From positions 703,507 to 767,506 of the forward strand of contig CP166960.1 in the NCBI GenBank assembly GCA_041447175.1: DNA of 64,000 nt, read 5' to 3'. A program made the translations under genes and the position numbers. This document shows, piece by piece, positions 9,515 through 19,166 of the stretch; within the stretch, counting starts at the first letter, position 1; every line of letters starts with the position of its first letter. Source of the stretch: Candidatus Bathyarchaeia archaeon. Its GTDB lineage: Archaea > Thermoproteota > Bathyarchaeia > Bathyarchaeales > Bathycorpusculaceae. A model generated the notes under the pieces. It saw only the letters and a program-made list of their open reading frames with translations. It searched no databases and was not told the DNA's origin.

Positions 9515-10081
9515 ATGTTCCCTCATAAAAGAAACTGGATGCGACACAACGCCATGGTTCCCAAAGGCTTCATACGATACCACGTCCTTGAAGCCCTCAA
9601 CGAGAAACCCATGTCCGGCTCCGAACTCATGGAGCACATCGAAAAAAACACCGGCGGAAGATGGAAACCAAGCCCCGGCTCAATCTACCCCTTGCTTTCA
9701 TGGCTCCAAGACAACGGATACATAAAAGAACTCCCCACTGAAAACGGGCTCAAACGCTACGAGCTGACCCCAAGCGGCAAAGTTCTTCTTGAAGAACAAG
9801 TTCAGGTGAGAAGCAAATTCCGTGAGGACGGTGGCTTCTTCTTAGAGCCCTTCTTTGACCGCTTCTTCACGGGGATGCCCGACGAAAAAACCGAACAAGT
9901 CCAAAAGTCCATAAAACGCCTTGCAAATTCCACCTTCAACTTGGCTCACAACCTCAAAGAGACCTATTCCGAGCAAGCATTGGAGGAAGCTTTGCGGATA
10001 ATTGATGGTGCCTCAGCGAAACTGGAACAAATCAACAGTACCATAAAAGGCGAACCAAAACATGAGCCAAACACAAGTTGA
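9515..10081 (+). CDS. PadR family transcriptional regulator
   Basis: GFIRYHVLEALNEKPMSGSELMEHIEKNTGGRWKPSPGSIYPLLSWLQDNGYI is the canonical PadR wHTH. It overlaps the downstream ABC ATPase gene by 20 nt. Confidence 0.8.
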   Translation: MFPHKRNWMRHNAMVPKGFIRYHVLEALNEKPMSGSELMEHIEKNTGGRWKPSPGSIYPLLSWLQDNGYIKELPTENGLKRYELTPSGKVLLEEQVQVRSKFREDGGFFLEPFFDRFFTGMPDEKTEQVQKSIKRLANSTFNLAHNLKETYSEQALEEALRIIDGASAKLEQINSTIKGEPKHEPNTS

Positions 10082-11084
10082 CTCCGCTGAAGACGTAATT
10101 AAAGTTGAAGGCTTAACCAAAGTCTTCAACAAAACCTTCACAGCCGTTGACCACATAGACTTCAGCGTTAAACGCGGCGAAATCTTTGGCTTTTTAGGTC
10201 CAAACGGCGCAGGCAAAACCACCACCATCAGCATGCTCATCACCGTGCTTAAGCCAACCAGCGGCAAAGCCACCATTCTGGGCGGCGACATAGCCAACCA
10301 AAGCCTCAAGGTCCGAAGCGCCATAGGCGTGGTTCCCCAAGAATACACCGCTGACGAAGACCTCACCGGCTACGAAAACATCCTGCTCTGCGCCGACCTC
10401 TACGGTATTCCCCGTTCCGTCTCCAAAAAACGCGCCATGGACCTATTGCAGCTGGTCGAGTTGACGGCATTTAAGGATAAACGGGTCCAGACGTACTCGG
10501 GTGGCATGCGGCGTAGACTGGAACTTGCATGCGGCTTAATCAACAGGCCCAACGTGCTCTTTCTTGACGAACCCACCTTGGGGTTGGATGTGCAGACTCG
10601 CGCTGCCACATGGAACTACGTCAAGATGCTTAAGCAACAGTTTGGCATGACGCTGTTCTTGACCACGCACTACTTAGAGGAAGCTGACGCTCTCTGTGAC
10701 CGCATCGCCATAATTGACCACGGCAAAATTATAGTAACCGGCACTCCCGCTGAGCTTAAAGACAGCCTAGGCGGAGACATCATAACCTTAGCCATCCAAA
10801 ACGACGCCGACATAACTGACCTCATCAGCAAACTTGAGCATGTCAAAGAAGTCAAAAAAGAAAACGGCTCCTACTTGATAAAAACTGCAAACGGCGAAGC
10901 CACTGCACCCCTAATCATCGAAGCGCTACGTAAGAATGGGTATGTCGTTACAAAGCTTTTCCTAAACAAGCCAACCCTAAACGATGTCTACTTAGAGTAC
11001 ACTGGCAAAACCATGCGTGACGCCGAGGAGTCCCGTGAAAACGTGGCTCGACAAAGAATGGCGGTGCGGAGGGCAAGACGTTGA
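10062..11084 (+). CDS. ABC transporter ATP-binding protein (DrrA/ABC-2 exporter type)
   Basis: Walker A GPNGAGKTT, signature YSGGMRRRLELA, Walker B LFLDEPTLGLD, H-loop TTHY. Confidence 0.85.
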   Translation: MSQTQVDSAEDVIKVEGLTKVFNKTFTAVDHIDFSVKRGEIFGFLGPNGAGKTTTISMLITVLKPTSGKATILGGDIANQSLKVRSAIGVVPQEYTADEDLTGYENILLCADLYGIPRSVSKKRAMDLLQLVELTAFKDKRVQTYSGGMRRRLELACGLINRPNVLFLDEPTLGLDVQTRAATWNYVKMLKQQFGMTLFLTTHYLEEADALCDRIAIIDHGKIIVTGTPAELKDSLGGDIITLAIQNDADITDLISKLEHVKEVKKENGSYLIKTANGEATAPLIIEALRKNGYVVTKLFLNKPTLNDVYLEYTGKTMRDAEESRENVARQRMAVRRARR

Positions 11085-11923
11085 GTGACATAGAAACCCG
11101 CGTTTCCAGCAATCGCCTGCATGGCTTGTGGGCTTTAACGAATCGTGACCTCAAAAAGTGGTACCAGAACCCCGTCGTGTTTGTGATGGGGATTATTCAG
11201 CCGATTCTGTGGTTGACTCTCTTAGGCAAAGCCATGAACATAGGCTCAATAATACCCAACATACCCGGCGTGAACCCCGCGTTGGTCATGCAGAACACTT
11301 TCGGAACCAGCGATTACTTCTCCTACATGGCTATGGGCATGGTGGCGTTCACCACAGTCTTCACTTCGGCGTTTGTCGGCATCTCCGTTGTCATCGACAA
11401 GCGCTTGGGCTTCATGAGCAAAGTGCTAAGCACCCCCGTCTCGCGTTCCGTGATAATCCTCTCCAAAGTGCTTTCCGCAAGCATCCGCTCCATGTTCCAA
11501 GCAGGCATCGTCACAGCTTTAGCCTACCTCATTGGACTACAGTTAGGCGCAAACTTTACAGTCTTTAGCGTCTTTGGAGTCTTTGCCCTCGTGTTCCTCA
11601 TCAGCTTTGGATTATCTTCGATGTTCACGGCGATTACGTTGCGGACCACACGCATGGAAACGCCCCAAGCCATAATTCAGTTGGTTACGTTGCCCTTGAT
11701 GTTTGCCAGCAGCGCCTACTTCCCGATTTCCCAGATGCCCAGTTGGCTGCAGGTAATCGCCAGCGCTAACCCCATTAGCTATGCAATTGACGGGGTACGG
11801 CGGTTGATGATATTCAGCGACGGTTACAGTCAACTGCCTTTGGACTTCGCGTTCGTTGGAATCTTCGCGGTCGTTGTAACTGCAATTTGCATCGTGCTTT
11901 CCTGGAGATACCTCAACAAGTAA
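11081..11923 (+). CDS. ABC-2 type transporter permease
   Basis: Six predicted TM segments. 4-nt overlap with the upstream ATPase gene. Typical ABC-2 layout. Confidence 0.75.
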   Translation: MSDIETRVSSNRLHGLWALTNRDLKKWYQNPVVFVMGIIQPILWLTLLGKAMNIGSIIPNIPGVNPALVMQNTFGTSDYFSYMAMGMVAFTTVFTSAFVGISVVIDKRLGFMSKVLSTPVSRSVIILSKVLSASIRSMFQAGIVTALAYLIGLQLGANFTVFSVFGVFALVFLISFGLSSMFTAITLRTTRMETPQAIIQLVTLPLMFASSAYFPISQMPSWLQVIASANPISYAIDGVRRLMIFSDGYSQLPLDFAFVGIFAVVVTAICIVLSWRYLNK

Positions 11924-11925
11924 CC

Positions 11926-11944
11926 TCTTCTTTTCTTTGTTTTT
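11926..11944 (+). terminator. Oligo-T tract after the ABC-2 permease gene
   Basis: tcttcttttctttgttttt lies immediately after the stop codon. Confidence 0.35.
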
Positions 11945-12042
11945 GGGAGCCCTCTGTTTGGCTAACGTTTTAAACCTACTTCTCTCAATAATGAACCATT
12001 TGCTTGAGTTTAACGCGGTAAACTTCAGTTAAAGGTGCAACA

Positions 12043-12300
12043 ATGACTGATAAAAGAAAAGGCTCAGTTCAGATTCGGTTCGAAATCCTAGAGTTCCTTT
12101 TCTTTGCCAACATGCCTCAACTGCGCACTCACGTTTGGCGAAAAGCAACTGACGTTTCCTATGACGATTTCCTTAAACATTTAACGTACCTTCGGGAACG
12201 GGGGTTTGTATCCGAAACCTCTAAAGGACAAATCTTACTGACGGCGGATGGACGAAAAATCTACTCCAACCTGCGGGACAGTTTGCCGTCTTTGCTTTAG
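12043..12300 (+). CDS. Small winged-helix DNA-binding protein
   Basis: 85 aa. IRFEILEFLFF...DDFLKHLTYLRERGFVSETSKGQILLTADGRKI resembles wHTH helix-3 plus wing. Confidence 0.45.
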   Translation: MTDKRKGSVQIRFEILEFLFFANMPQLRTHVWRKATDVSYDDFLKHLTYLRERGFVSETSKGQILLTADGRKIYSNLRDSLPSLL

Positions 12301-12360
12301 GTTTCACCTTTGGTGCATCATCTATATAACTGCCGCATGGAAACAAGGAGATGAAAACAA

Positions 12361-12735
12361 ATGACGGAAAATGAACCTGAACAAATTTACCCCGTGAAAA
12401 CGTTACATGATTTTCTTAGTGAATTCAACAAAGAGTGGTACAGGTTCAAACGGGGCACGCTGATTAGCCTCACCATTTTAAGCACGTTGCTTGCCACGTT
12501 TATTTTGTTGTTTTTCCGTGCCCTGCGAATGGGCGTAGACTTCCTTGTTTTCATATTCCCTTTTATTCTAGCAACCTTTTTAATTTACAGCATAAGTGCT
12601 TTGATGGCACAGTACCGTTTCTTACGAAAATGGGAGCACCGAAGAGAACAACTGCTCAGTTTAGAAGAGAAACTTATGGCTTCAAAGCTTGACACGGACA
12701 AGCCTGAAGCAATCTCTCCTCAAAGCGTTGAGTAA
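12361..12735 (+). CDS. Hypothetical membrane protein (2 TM)
   Basis: Two hydrophobic helices (LISLTILSTLLATFILLFF, FLVFIFPFILATFLIYSISAL). No family recognised. Confidence 0.4.
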   Translation: MTENEPEQIYPVKTLHDFLSEFNKEWYRFKRGTLISLTILSTLLATFILLFFRALRMGVDFLVFIFPFILATFLIYSISALMAQYRFLRKWEHRREQLLSLEEKLMASKLDTDKPEAISPQSVE

Positions 12736-12823
12736 CTGCAGTTCATCTCTGGTGTATATGCTCCGTGAGATACCCTTTATTAAAACGCAAGAAACTGTTG
12801 AGCAAAAAAGGACGTGAAAGAAA

Positions 12824-13513
12824 ATGTCAGCGACGACTCCTGTTGTCGAAATAACCGACCTCAAAAAAACTTACATGCTTGGAAAAATCCCAGTGGAAGC
12901 TCTCCGCGGCATCAATCTTCGTGTTGAACGGGGCGAGTTCGTTTCCATTTTGGGTCCAAGTGGCAGCGGCAAATCCACCCTCCTAAACCTAATCGGCGCC
13001 TTGGATAAGCCCACTTCAGGTAAGCTGCTTATAGATGGCGTCGACGTTTCAACTCTGAATGATAACCAGCTTACAGAGATACGTCACAAAATTGGTTTTG
13101 TCTTTCAGTTTTTTAACCTGATTCCAAGGTTCACCGCAAGAGCTAATGTAGAGCTTCCTATGTCTATTGCAAGTTTAAGCAATGGTGAACGGAAACGGCG
13201 TGCGGAACAACTTCTTGAAACCGTTGGGTTAAAAGAGAGACTGGATCATAAACCAGCCGAGCTTAGCGGGGGACAACAGCAACGTGTTGCTATTGCTCGG
13301 GCGTTGGCGAATAATCCGCGTTTTCTGTTGATGGATGAGCCTACGGGTAACGTTGACTCTCGAACTGCCCAAGAAGTCATCACTTTAATCAAGAAACTCA
13401 ACGAAGATGGCGTCACCATAATCATGGTAACACACGACCAGAACCTAGCCAAAGAAGCAAAACGTACCATCAAAGTTTTTGATGGGCGCATCGATTCGGA
13501 TATGGTGAACTGA
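12824..13513 (+). CDS. ABC transporter ATP-binding protein (MacB/LolD/FtsE-like)
   Basis: Walker A GPSGSGKST, signature LSGGQQQRVAIARA, Walker B LLMDEPTGNVD, H-loop VTHD. Confidence 0.85.
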   Translation: MSATTPVVEITDLKKTYMLGKIPVEALRGINLRVERGEFVSILGPSGSGKSTLLNLIGALDKPTSGKLLIDGVDVSTLNDNQLTEIRHKIGFVFQFFNLIPRFTARANVELPMSIASLSNGERKRRAEQLLETVGLKERLDHKPAELSGGQQQRVAIARALANNPRFLLMDEPTGNVDSRTAQEVITLIKKLNEDGVTIIMVTHDQNLAKEAKRTIKVFDGRIDSDMVN

Positions 13514-13514
13514 T

Positions 13515-14834
13515 ATGAAGGCACGTGACGTTTTCTCTTACTCGTTAAGCGCTATTAAACTGCGGAAACTCCGCGCTGCCCTCACCATACTAGGAGTCGT
13601 CATAGGCATAGCCGCCATTGTTGCGTTGCTGGGCATTACACAGGGGGTTGAGAGCACCATAACTAGCGAACTTAGTCAAGGCTTAGCCACTGACACCCTC
13701 ATTATAACCACCAACTCTGGTCTTGGAGGTGGAGGCGGCTTTGGCGGTAATGGTGGTCAAAGTGACGCAGAAGGCGGCTTAGGCGGCGGAGGTGCATCCA
13801 GTTCAAACTTCAAGCTATACCTCAATTACACCAATGACCTCAACTCAACGCTGGACCCAGGAATCGTTTCCTCGTTTGCAATCATTCAGCAGTCAGGCTA
13901 CCTGCAATCAGGTGACGACACACGGCAAGTTACCAACTTGGTTGGCGTTGACTTTGAAGCCTACGACAGCGTTTATGGCAGTACCTTCAAAGCTGCCAGC
14001 GGAGACATAAACCTGAATCCTTCCGACACAGACATCGTGATTGGCGCACGGGTAAGTGACCCCAGACTTAACGGCACCGTACTCTTCAACGCGGGAGACC
14101 AAGCAGACCTCATCTGGACAAATGTCACCCAACTTAGCTTCGCAAACGAAACATACTCTGGACAAATCTCTGCTGTTCTGGAAAAAATAGGCGGATTCAG
14201 CTTTGTGGGCCCCTCCGACACGGGCGTTTACATCCCGCTTTCGCAAGCTCAAAGCTTCTTTGGAACTGACGAAGCCAGCATGATAATCGTGAAACTTGCC
14301 AACAGCGACAACGCTACCGTAACCCAAGCCACCAAAGCCATAACCGACTACTTCAAGAACCAAGTCACCATCATATCCCCCAACGCCGTCGTTGATTTAC
14401 TCTCCAGCATCGTAAACATCTTAGGCTTGTTCGTGGCGGGCATTGCAGGAATTTCACTGCTGGTTGCGGGAATCGGCATAATGAACATCATGATTGTGTC
14501 GCTGATTGAACGCACCCGCGAAATCGGCATCCTCAAGGCGTTAGGCATGAAGAGCCGAACCGTGCTCTCCATCTTCCTTGCTGAATCAGCCATCATCGGC
14601 TTAATCGGCGGAGTCTTGGGCGTCCTTGGAGGCTGGGGCTTAGCGCAAGCTGTCAGCTTCATCGTGGCAAAAATGTTTGAGTTAGGCGGCGGCTTAACCC
14701 TCACGCCCGTGTTCACGCCCCAAGTTATCTTGGGCGCGTTGGCGTTTGGTATGAGTGTAAGCATAATCTTCGCGTTGTACCCTGCTTGGCGCGCTTCCAA
14801 ACTGAAGCCTGTGGATGCCCTACGATACGAGTAG
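13515..14834 (+). CDS. ABC transporter permease, FtsX/MacB family, with a Gly-rich insert in the extracytoplasmic domain
   Basis: N-terminal TM, a large extracytoplasmic domain, and a C-terminal FtsX 3-TM module (ERTREIGILKALGM). Adjacent to the ATPase gene. Confidence 0.8.
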   Translation: MKARDVFSYSLSAIKLRKLRAALTILGVVIGIAAIVALLGITQGVESTITSELSQGLATDTLIITTNSGLGGGGGFGGNGGQSDAEGGLGGGGASSSNFKLYLNYTNDLNSTLDPGIVSSFAIIQQSGYLQSGDDTRQVTNLVGVDFEAYDSVYGSTFKAASGDINLNPSDTDIVIGARVSDPRLNGTVLFNAGDQADLIWTNVTQLSFANETYSGQISAVLEKIGGFSFVGPSDTGVYIPLSQAQSFFGTDEASMIIVKLANSDNATVTQATKAITDYFKNQVTIISPNAVVDLLSSIVNILGLFVAGIAGISLLVAGIGIMNIMIVSLIERTREIGILKALGMKSRTVLSIFLAESAIIGLIGGVLGVLGGWGLAQAVSFIVAKMFELGGGLTLTPVFTPQVILGALAFGMSVSIIFALYPAWRASKLKPVDALRYE

Positions 14835-14991
14835 CCAAATGAACCCTCTTTAGTCTCGTCGGGTTTTCATTCCCCCCGACAACCTTTTTCTAAAAAGCCG
14901 ATACTGCAGCAACCGTGAAGCTTCCACGTATGCACGTTTATTTGCCATCTCATCATGATATTTCTGTGATTACATCGCGGAAAGTGGTTCA

Positions 14992-15606
14992 ATGTCCAAT
15001 GACGTCCTAAGAGTGCATTCAGAATCTGCGCAAACATATGACCAAATCTGCCTGCAGGTGGAGTCACATGCACACGAAGTCCTCTTCGGGATGGCTTTCG
15101 AATACATTAACCCAAAAGAAGCACTGATAGACATCGGGATAGGCACCGGCGTGTGCTCTAAGCTTTTTCACAAGGCAGGTTTGAAAATTTATGGCGTGGA
15201 CAACTCGCAAGAAATGCTCGCCGTCTGCAGAAAGAAAGGGTTTGCAACGGAACTGAAAAAACACGATTTGTGCTCTGGTAACTGGCCTTTTGAGGCTCAG
15301 GCGTTTCACCATGCCATCTGCTGCGGCGTGTTCCACTTCATTCCCGATTTAATCGTTTTCTTTCAAGAAACCCGCCGCGTTCTAAAGGACAAGGGCACCT
15401 TCAGCTTCACCCTAATTGACGGAAAGGGAAAAACCTCCTATGTGGACTCTGGCATCCACATTTACTGCCACGACGAAAACGCGATACTTCCTCTTGCATC
15501 TGGCTGCGGTTTTTCTTTGCTTAAACGACTGCCATTTTCTACCTTCAAAGACCCCCGCAAACAGGAAACAGTGCATTTTAAGGCTTACACCCTAAGAAAA
15601 ACATAG
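14992..15606 (+). CDS. Class I SAM-dependent methyltransferase
   Basis: Motif I LIDIGIGTGVCS and post-I YGVDNSQEML. Confidence 0.7.
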   Translation: MSNDVLRVHSESAQTYDQICLQVESHAHEVLFGMAFEYINPKEALIDIGIGTGVCSKLFHKAGLKIYGVDNSQEMLAVCRKKGFATELKKHDLCSGNWPFEAQAFHHAICCGVFHFIPDLIVFFQETRRVLKDKGTFSFTLIDGKGKTSYVDSGIHIYCHDENAILPLASGCGFSLLKRLPFSTFKDPRKQETVHFKAYTLRKT

Positions 15607-15664
15607 CTTTACACATCAAAACTTAAAGCTCCCCCCTGAAGTGTTCTACAGCAGAGGCAGACTC

Positions 15665-16108
15665 ATGGTGAACAGACGTTATCCGGACCAGCCCGTTGTC
15701 GGTGTTGGCGCAGTAATCCTCAAAGGAGACAAAATGCTCTTGGAAAAGCGCGGAAACCAACCCGCTAAGGGGCAGTGGACCATTCCAGGCGGCGTGGTTG
15801 AAGTTGGCGAAAGCTTGGAAGAAGCAGTTATCAGAGAAACCCTTGAAGAAACCGACTTAGTTGCCTCAGAGCCGCAGCTTATCGATGTAGTTGACCAAGT
15901 GCATCTGGACGCGGAGGGCAAAATCGAATACCACTACGTCATCGTGGATTTCATTGTAACCGTATCTGGTGAGCCTCAGGCGGGTAGCGACGCCGACGAA
16001 CTCAAATGGGTACCTGTCGATGCTGTAGAAAGGTACGATTTAACGCCCTCTTTTAGAAGATTCTTTGTCAAAAATCAAACAAAACTACAAAGCATAACCT
16101 CGACATAG
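15665..16108 (+). CDS. NUDIX hydrolase
   Basis: NUDIX box GGVVEVGESLEEAVIRETLEETDL (GX5EX7REUXEEXGU). Confidence 0.8.
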   Translation: MVNRRYPDQPVVGVGAVILKGDKMLLEKRGNQPAKGQWTIPGGVVEVGESLEEAVIRETLEETDLVASEPQLIDVVDQVHLDAEGKIEYHYVIVDFIVTVSGEPQAGSDADELKWVPVDAVERYDLTPSFRRFFVKNQTKLQSITST

Positions 16109-16502
16109 AAATGTCCTTTGAACGCGCCGAGCATATCAAATCCAATACCGTTAATTCTTGACTCACGTTTTGGCTTTCATTACCCATATAGTTCGCCAGC
16201 ATTTTATAGCTGTGTTTGCATATGTCTAGGTAGTTCTATACATTAGCCCATCGTTATGTCTACTGAAAATGCGTAGATTTGCTAAACTGAATGAAGGGTG
16301 GCGCCTAATTTAGCATCGTTTAAATGTGCCTTAACAATTGGCGAACCACTGGTGGTTGTTGAACTGCGACATCGTGGACGCGGTGTGATTTGCACGTTTG
16401 CCTAGTTTTGGAGCGGTCATATTTGGATGCTAATAGCAATTGTATGCAGAAACCGAGGAGGAGGGAGCCGAGGGCTCCTGCAACTGTTGAATGTTGTTTT
16501 TT

Positions 16503-17957
16503 CTATGAGGCGAAGAACAGTCGGGTTTCGCCCATCGTTTTCAAATCCAGCGAACGCACCCGTGTAACCATGGGAAAGTCTCGGACAACCCGCCCCAAGG
16601 TAAGGCAGTTGTGCGGCGGCAAATCCCGTGCAATGCTGCGAACCGTTTCAGCGTCTACGCGTGCAGCTCGGCTGACCACATCCAAGTCATGTTCGTTGGT
16701 GAAGTTAAACAGGAAAATGTTGTCCGCTTGCCTGTAGATGGTCTCCTGCACCGTGTCAGGCTGGTTAGTGATGAACGTGGTGAATATGCCAAAGTGCCGC
16801 ATGCGTGTGACGATGTCGTCCCAGTAGGTTTCCCGCAGGTACAGGTGTGCCTCCTCGGCAAAGAGGAAAACCGCTTTGAGTTTCCAGTTTTGCAGCGAAT
16901 CCACAAGCTTGCCCAAGACGTATTCGACGACGATTTGGCGGTCTATGTTGCCGGTGTTCTTGAGGTTGATGATGATTGCGCCGCCGCTGTCCTTAGCCTT
17001 GAGCAGGCTGTCATCAAGCAGGGCTGCTTCGGTGAGGTTGTCAGTGAAGAAACCAGAGTTAACCAGCGAAAAGTAGCGGCTGGCAAGAGCGTCACGGACA
17101 TGCTGGTTACAGTTGCAGTTTCGGATGGCTTCGTGGAGTTCGGCGAGGGTGAGTTTGCTTTGGTCTTTGAGTTGTTTCCAGATGCGTTTGAACTCCCGCG
17201 CCGAAGTTCCAGGCAAATGCAGCGCGTTGACGAGGATGCCTAAAACGACGTTGAGGTGGAGTTGGTTTATGGCGACTTTGAAGTTTTGGCTGGGCGTGAG
17301 GGCGTAGATGCGGTCGTAGTATATGTTTCGTTTGCCGTCGTTGGTCATGCCGATGCTGCCATACTCGCCGTTAAGGTCAAAGACGACGACAGTGGCTTTG
17401 TAGCCCACAAGACTAGCCATAAGCAGCTTGCTGAGGTGGCTTTTGCCGCAGCCCTTCTTGCCTGTGATGATGTTTAGTGTGCCGTCTAAGGCGGTGGCGT
17501 CGATGGTGAGTAGCGAGGAGTCTTTGGTTCCGCCCAAAATGATGGGTCGCTTGCCATCCACGTTTGCCAGCTTCATCAGCGCGGGTACCGACAGCTTCCG
17601 AATCAGCGACTGGGAACGGCTGGGCAGCCAGCTGCTGCTGGGGCTTAGCATGTTGTTTTCGAGGGTGGCGCGGATTTTGCACACTAGCAAGCTTGCGTCT
17701 TGGATGTAGGTTATGTGGGGCGCGATTTCCAGCGGGTCAATGTCTTCGCCCTGAATCGGTTCACCTCCATCAGGCAACGTACGCAGAAGCTCCTCCAACA
17801 CACCTGGCACCGCGGCAAACTGCACATCAATCACCTGCACAATCAGCGCCTTGGCAGCTTCTGTGTCTTCGACCATGAGGTAGTCGCCTTTTTCGGCGCA
17901 TTCGTTGGGGAAGCTGAGGATTTGGATGATGTTGCCTTCTTTTCGGTAAAGCTTCAT
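16503..17957 (-). CDS. herA: HerA-like (DUF87/FtsK-HerA superfamily) ATPase
   Basis: N-terminal barrel-like domain, Walker A ITGKKGCGKSH, Walker B AVFLFAEEAH. ~480 aa. 4-nt start/stop overlap with the upstream NurA-like gene. Confidence 0.65.
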   Translation of the reverse strand: MKLYRKEGNIIQILSFPNECAEKGDYLMVEDTEAAKALIVQVIDVQFAAVPGVLEELLRTLPDGGEPIQGEDIDPLEIAPHITYIQDASLLVCKIRATLENNMLSPSSSWLPSRSQSLIRKLSVPALMKLANVDGKRPIILGGTKDSSLLTIDATALDGTLNIITGKKGCGKSHLSKLLMASLVGYKATVVVFDLNGEYGSIGMTNDGKRNIYYDRIYALTPSQNFKVAINQLHLNVVLGILVNALHLPGTSAREFKRIWKQLKDQSKLTLAELHEAIRNCNCNQHVRDALASRYFSLVNSGFFTDNLTEAALLDDSLLKAKDSGGAIIINLKNTGNIDRQIVVEYVLGKLVDSLQNWKLKAVFLFAEEAHLYLRETYWDDIVTRMRHFGIFTTFITNQPDTVQETIYRQADNIFLFNFTNEHDLDVVSRAARVDAETVRSIARDLPPHNCLTLGRVVRDFPMVTRVRSLDLKTMGETRLFFAS

Positions 17958-19033
17958 GCAAACCCCTCCCTGCCAAACGGGCCAAACAGCAGTCGATGCA
18001 TGTCTGGACGGTTGACAATTTGGATTCCGTGCCGGCGCGTGATGAAGTGCTGCATCGCCAAAACCTCATTTGCCGTAAACGTACACAAAATATGCGCCAG
18101 CCGCAGCGTCTCGGGGTAGCTGTTTTGGAGCACGTCGTTGCCCAGCAGCTTCTCGACGGCTTCAAAGCGGCTCTGCAACGGGACTTCGCAGTCAATGTCA
18201 AGGCGAAAAGCCATGTTGGCTTTGTGCAGCCGCGCCACATAGACATCACCCAACGGAACCATAGGCGCCTTAAACCGCAGCCCCGTGGTTTCCAGCAGGT
18301 AAGGCGCTTCGCCACTGGGCAGCAGGTCAGTTATGAGGTAACCGTTGGCGCGCAGACTGGTAGCTTTGCTGAACGCGAGAACGGTGTTGTTGTTTCTGCG
18401 GGCAAGGGTGAGGATTTCGCGCATGCGGTGCACGGGCGTGTCCATGGTGCCTGAGATGAGGCTGCCGTCAAAAAGCAGGACGGCGTTGTTTGTGGTTCGA
18501 GCGAGGCGATTTTGCATCCACCGCTCCAGAATGCTGGCGAGGCGCGTGGGCATTTGCATCAGCGGCGGGGTGGCTTGGCGGCTGCCGGTGTAGGGGGTGT
18601 GGAAACAGTCGCGTTCGAGGTTGCTGTAGACGGCGTTTTTGTTTTCTTCGGTTATGTGGAAAATGAAGGGACCCAGCCGAGTGTAGTGGTAGCGGCGGTT
18701 TTTTTGTTGGACGGTGGCGCCGCGGATGGCGATGATGATGCCGGTTTTGGTTTCGCCGATTTTGATGGTGGAGGTGTCGACTGCTGCGCTGGGGGTTGGT
18801 TGGTGGCTTGGTGGGCGGGGGAGGGGTGTGCGTTTGAGTTGGAGTTGCGTGGGGCATTCTTGATGAAGTTCGGGGGTGAGGGTTTGGGGGGTGGGTTGGA
18901 GGTTTGTGTTGTGGGCTTGGCGGAGGCTGTTGATGCTGAGTTCTATGAAGCGTGTGGGGAGGGGGGTGTCGGTTGTGGGTTGTGGAAAGTTATATTTGGG
19001 GGTTGTTGTTATTGTGTATTGTTCAATCACCAA
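17954..19033 (-). CDS. nurA: NurA-like 5'-3' nuclease with Pro/Thr-rich N-terminal extension
   Basis: AVDTSTIKIGE and AVLLFDGSLISG resemble the catalytic Asp motifs of the NurA domain. It pairs with HerA. The first ~90 aa are low-complexity. Confidence 0.55.
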   Translation of the reverse strand: MVIEQYTITTTPKYNFPQPTTDTPLPTRFIELSINSLRQAHNTNLQPTPQTLTPELHQECPTQLQLKRTPLPRPPSHQPTPSAAVDTSTIKIGETKTGIIIAIRGATVQQKNRRYHYTRLGPFIFHITEENKNAVYSNLERDCFHTPYTGSRQATPPLMQMPTRLASILERWMQNRLARTTNNAVLLFDGSLISGTMDTPVHRMREILTLARRNNNTVLAFSKATSLRANGYLITDLLPSGEAPYLLETTGLRFKAPMVPLGDVYVARLHKANMAFRLDIDCEVPLQSRFEAVEKLLGNDVLQNSYPETLRLAHILCTFTANEVLAMQHFITRRHGIQIVNRPDMHRLLFGPFGREGFA

Positions 19034-19166
19034 GATTCACCAATATGCAATATCTATTGGTGCAGTAAATAAATGTTGCGCTTGTACATCATGCGCAATA
19101 CAATATACAATAACAGCAGAAGACGAGACCGTGACCGAACCCCAAAAACCACCCATCAAAGTCAAA

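Noticed and set aside
16611-17243. A 210-aa plus-strand ORF.
   Set aside because: It is antisense to herA (Walker A/B on the minus strand). It is a shadow ORF.
17400-19100. A dense pile of overlapping ORFs on both strands (for example 17413..17682, 17564..17878, 17827..18315, 18468..18857, 18512..19072) with Pro/Arg/His/Gly-rich translations.
   Set aside because: They overlap the well-supported herA and nurA frames and have low-complexity translations with no motifs. They are what GC-rich, stop-poor DNA is expected to produce, so I treat them as non-coding shadows.
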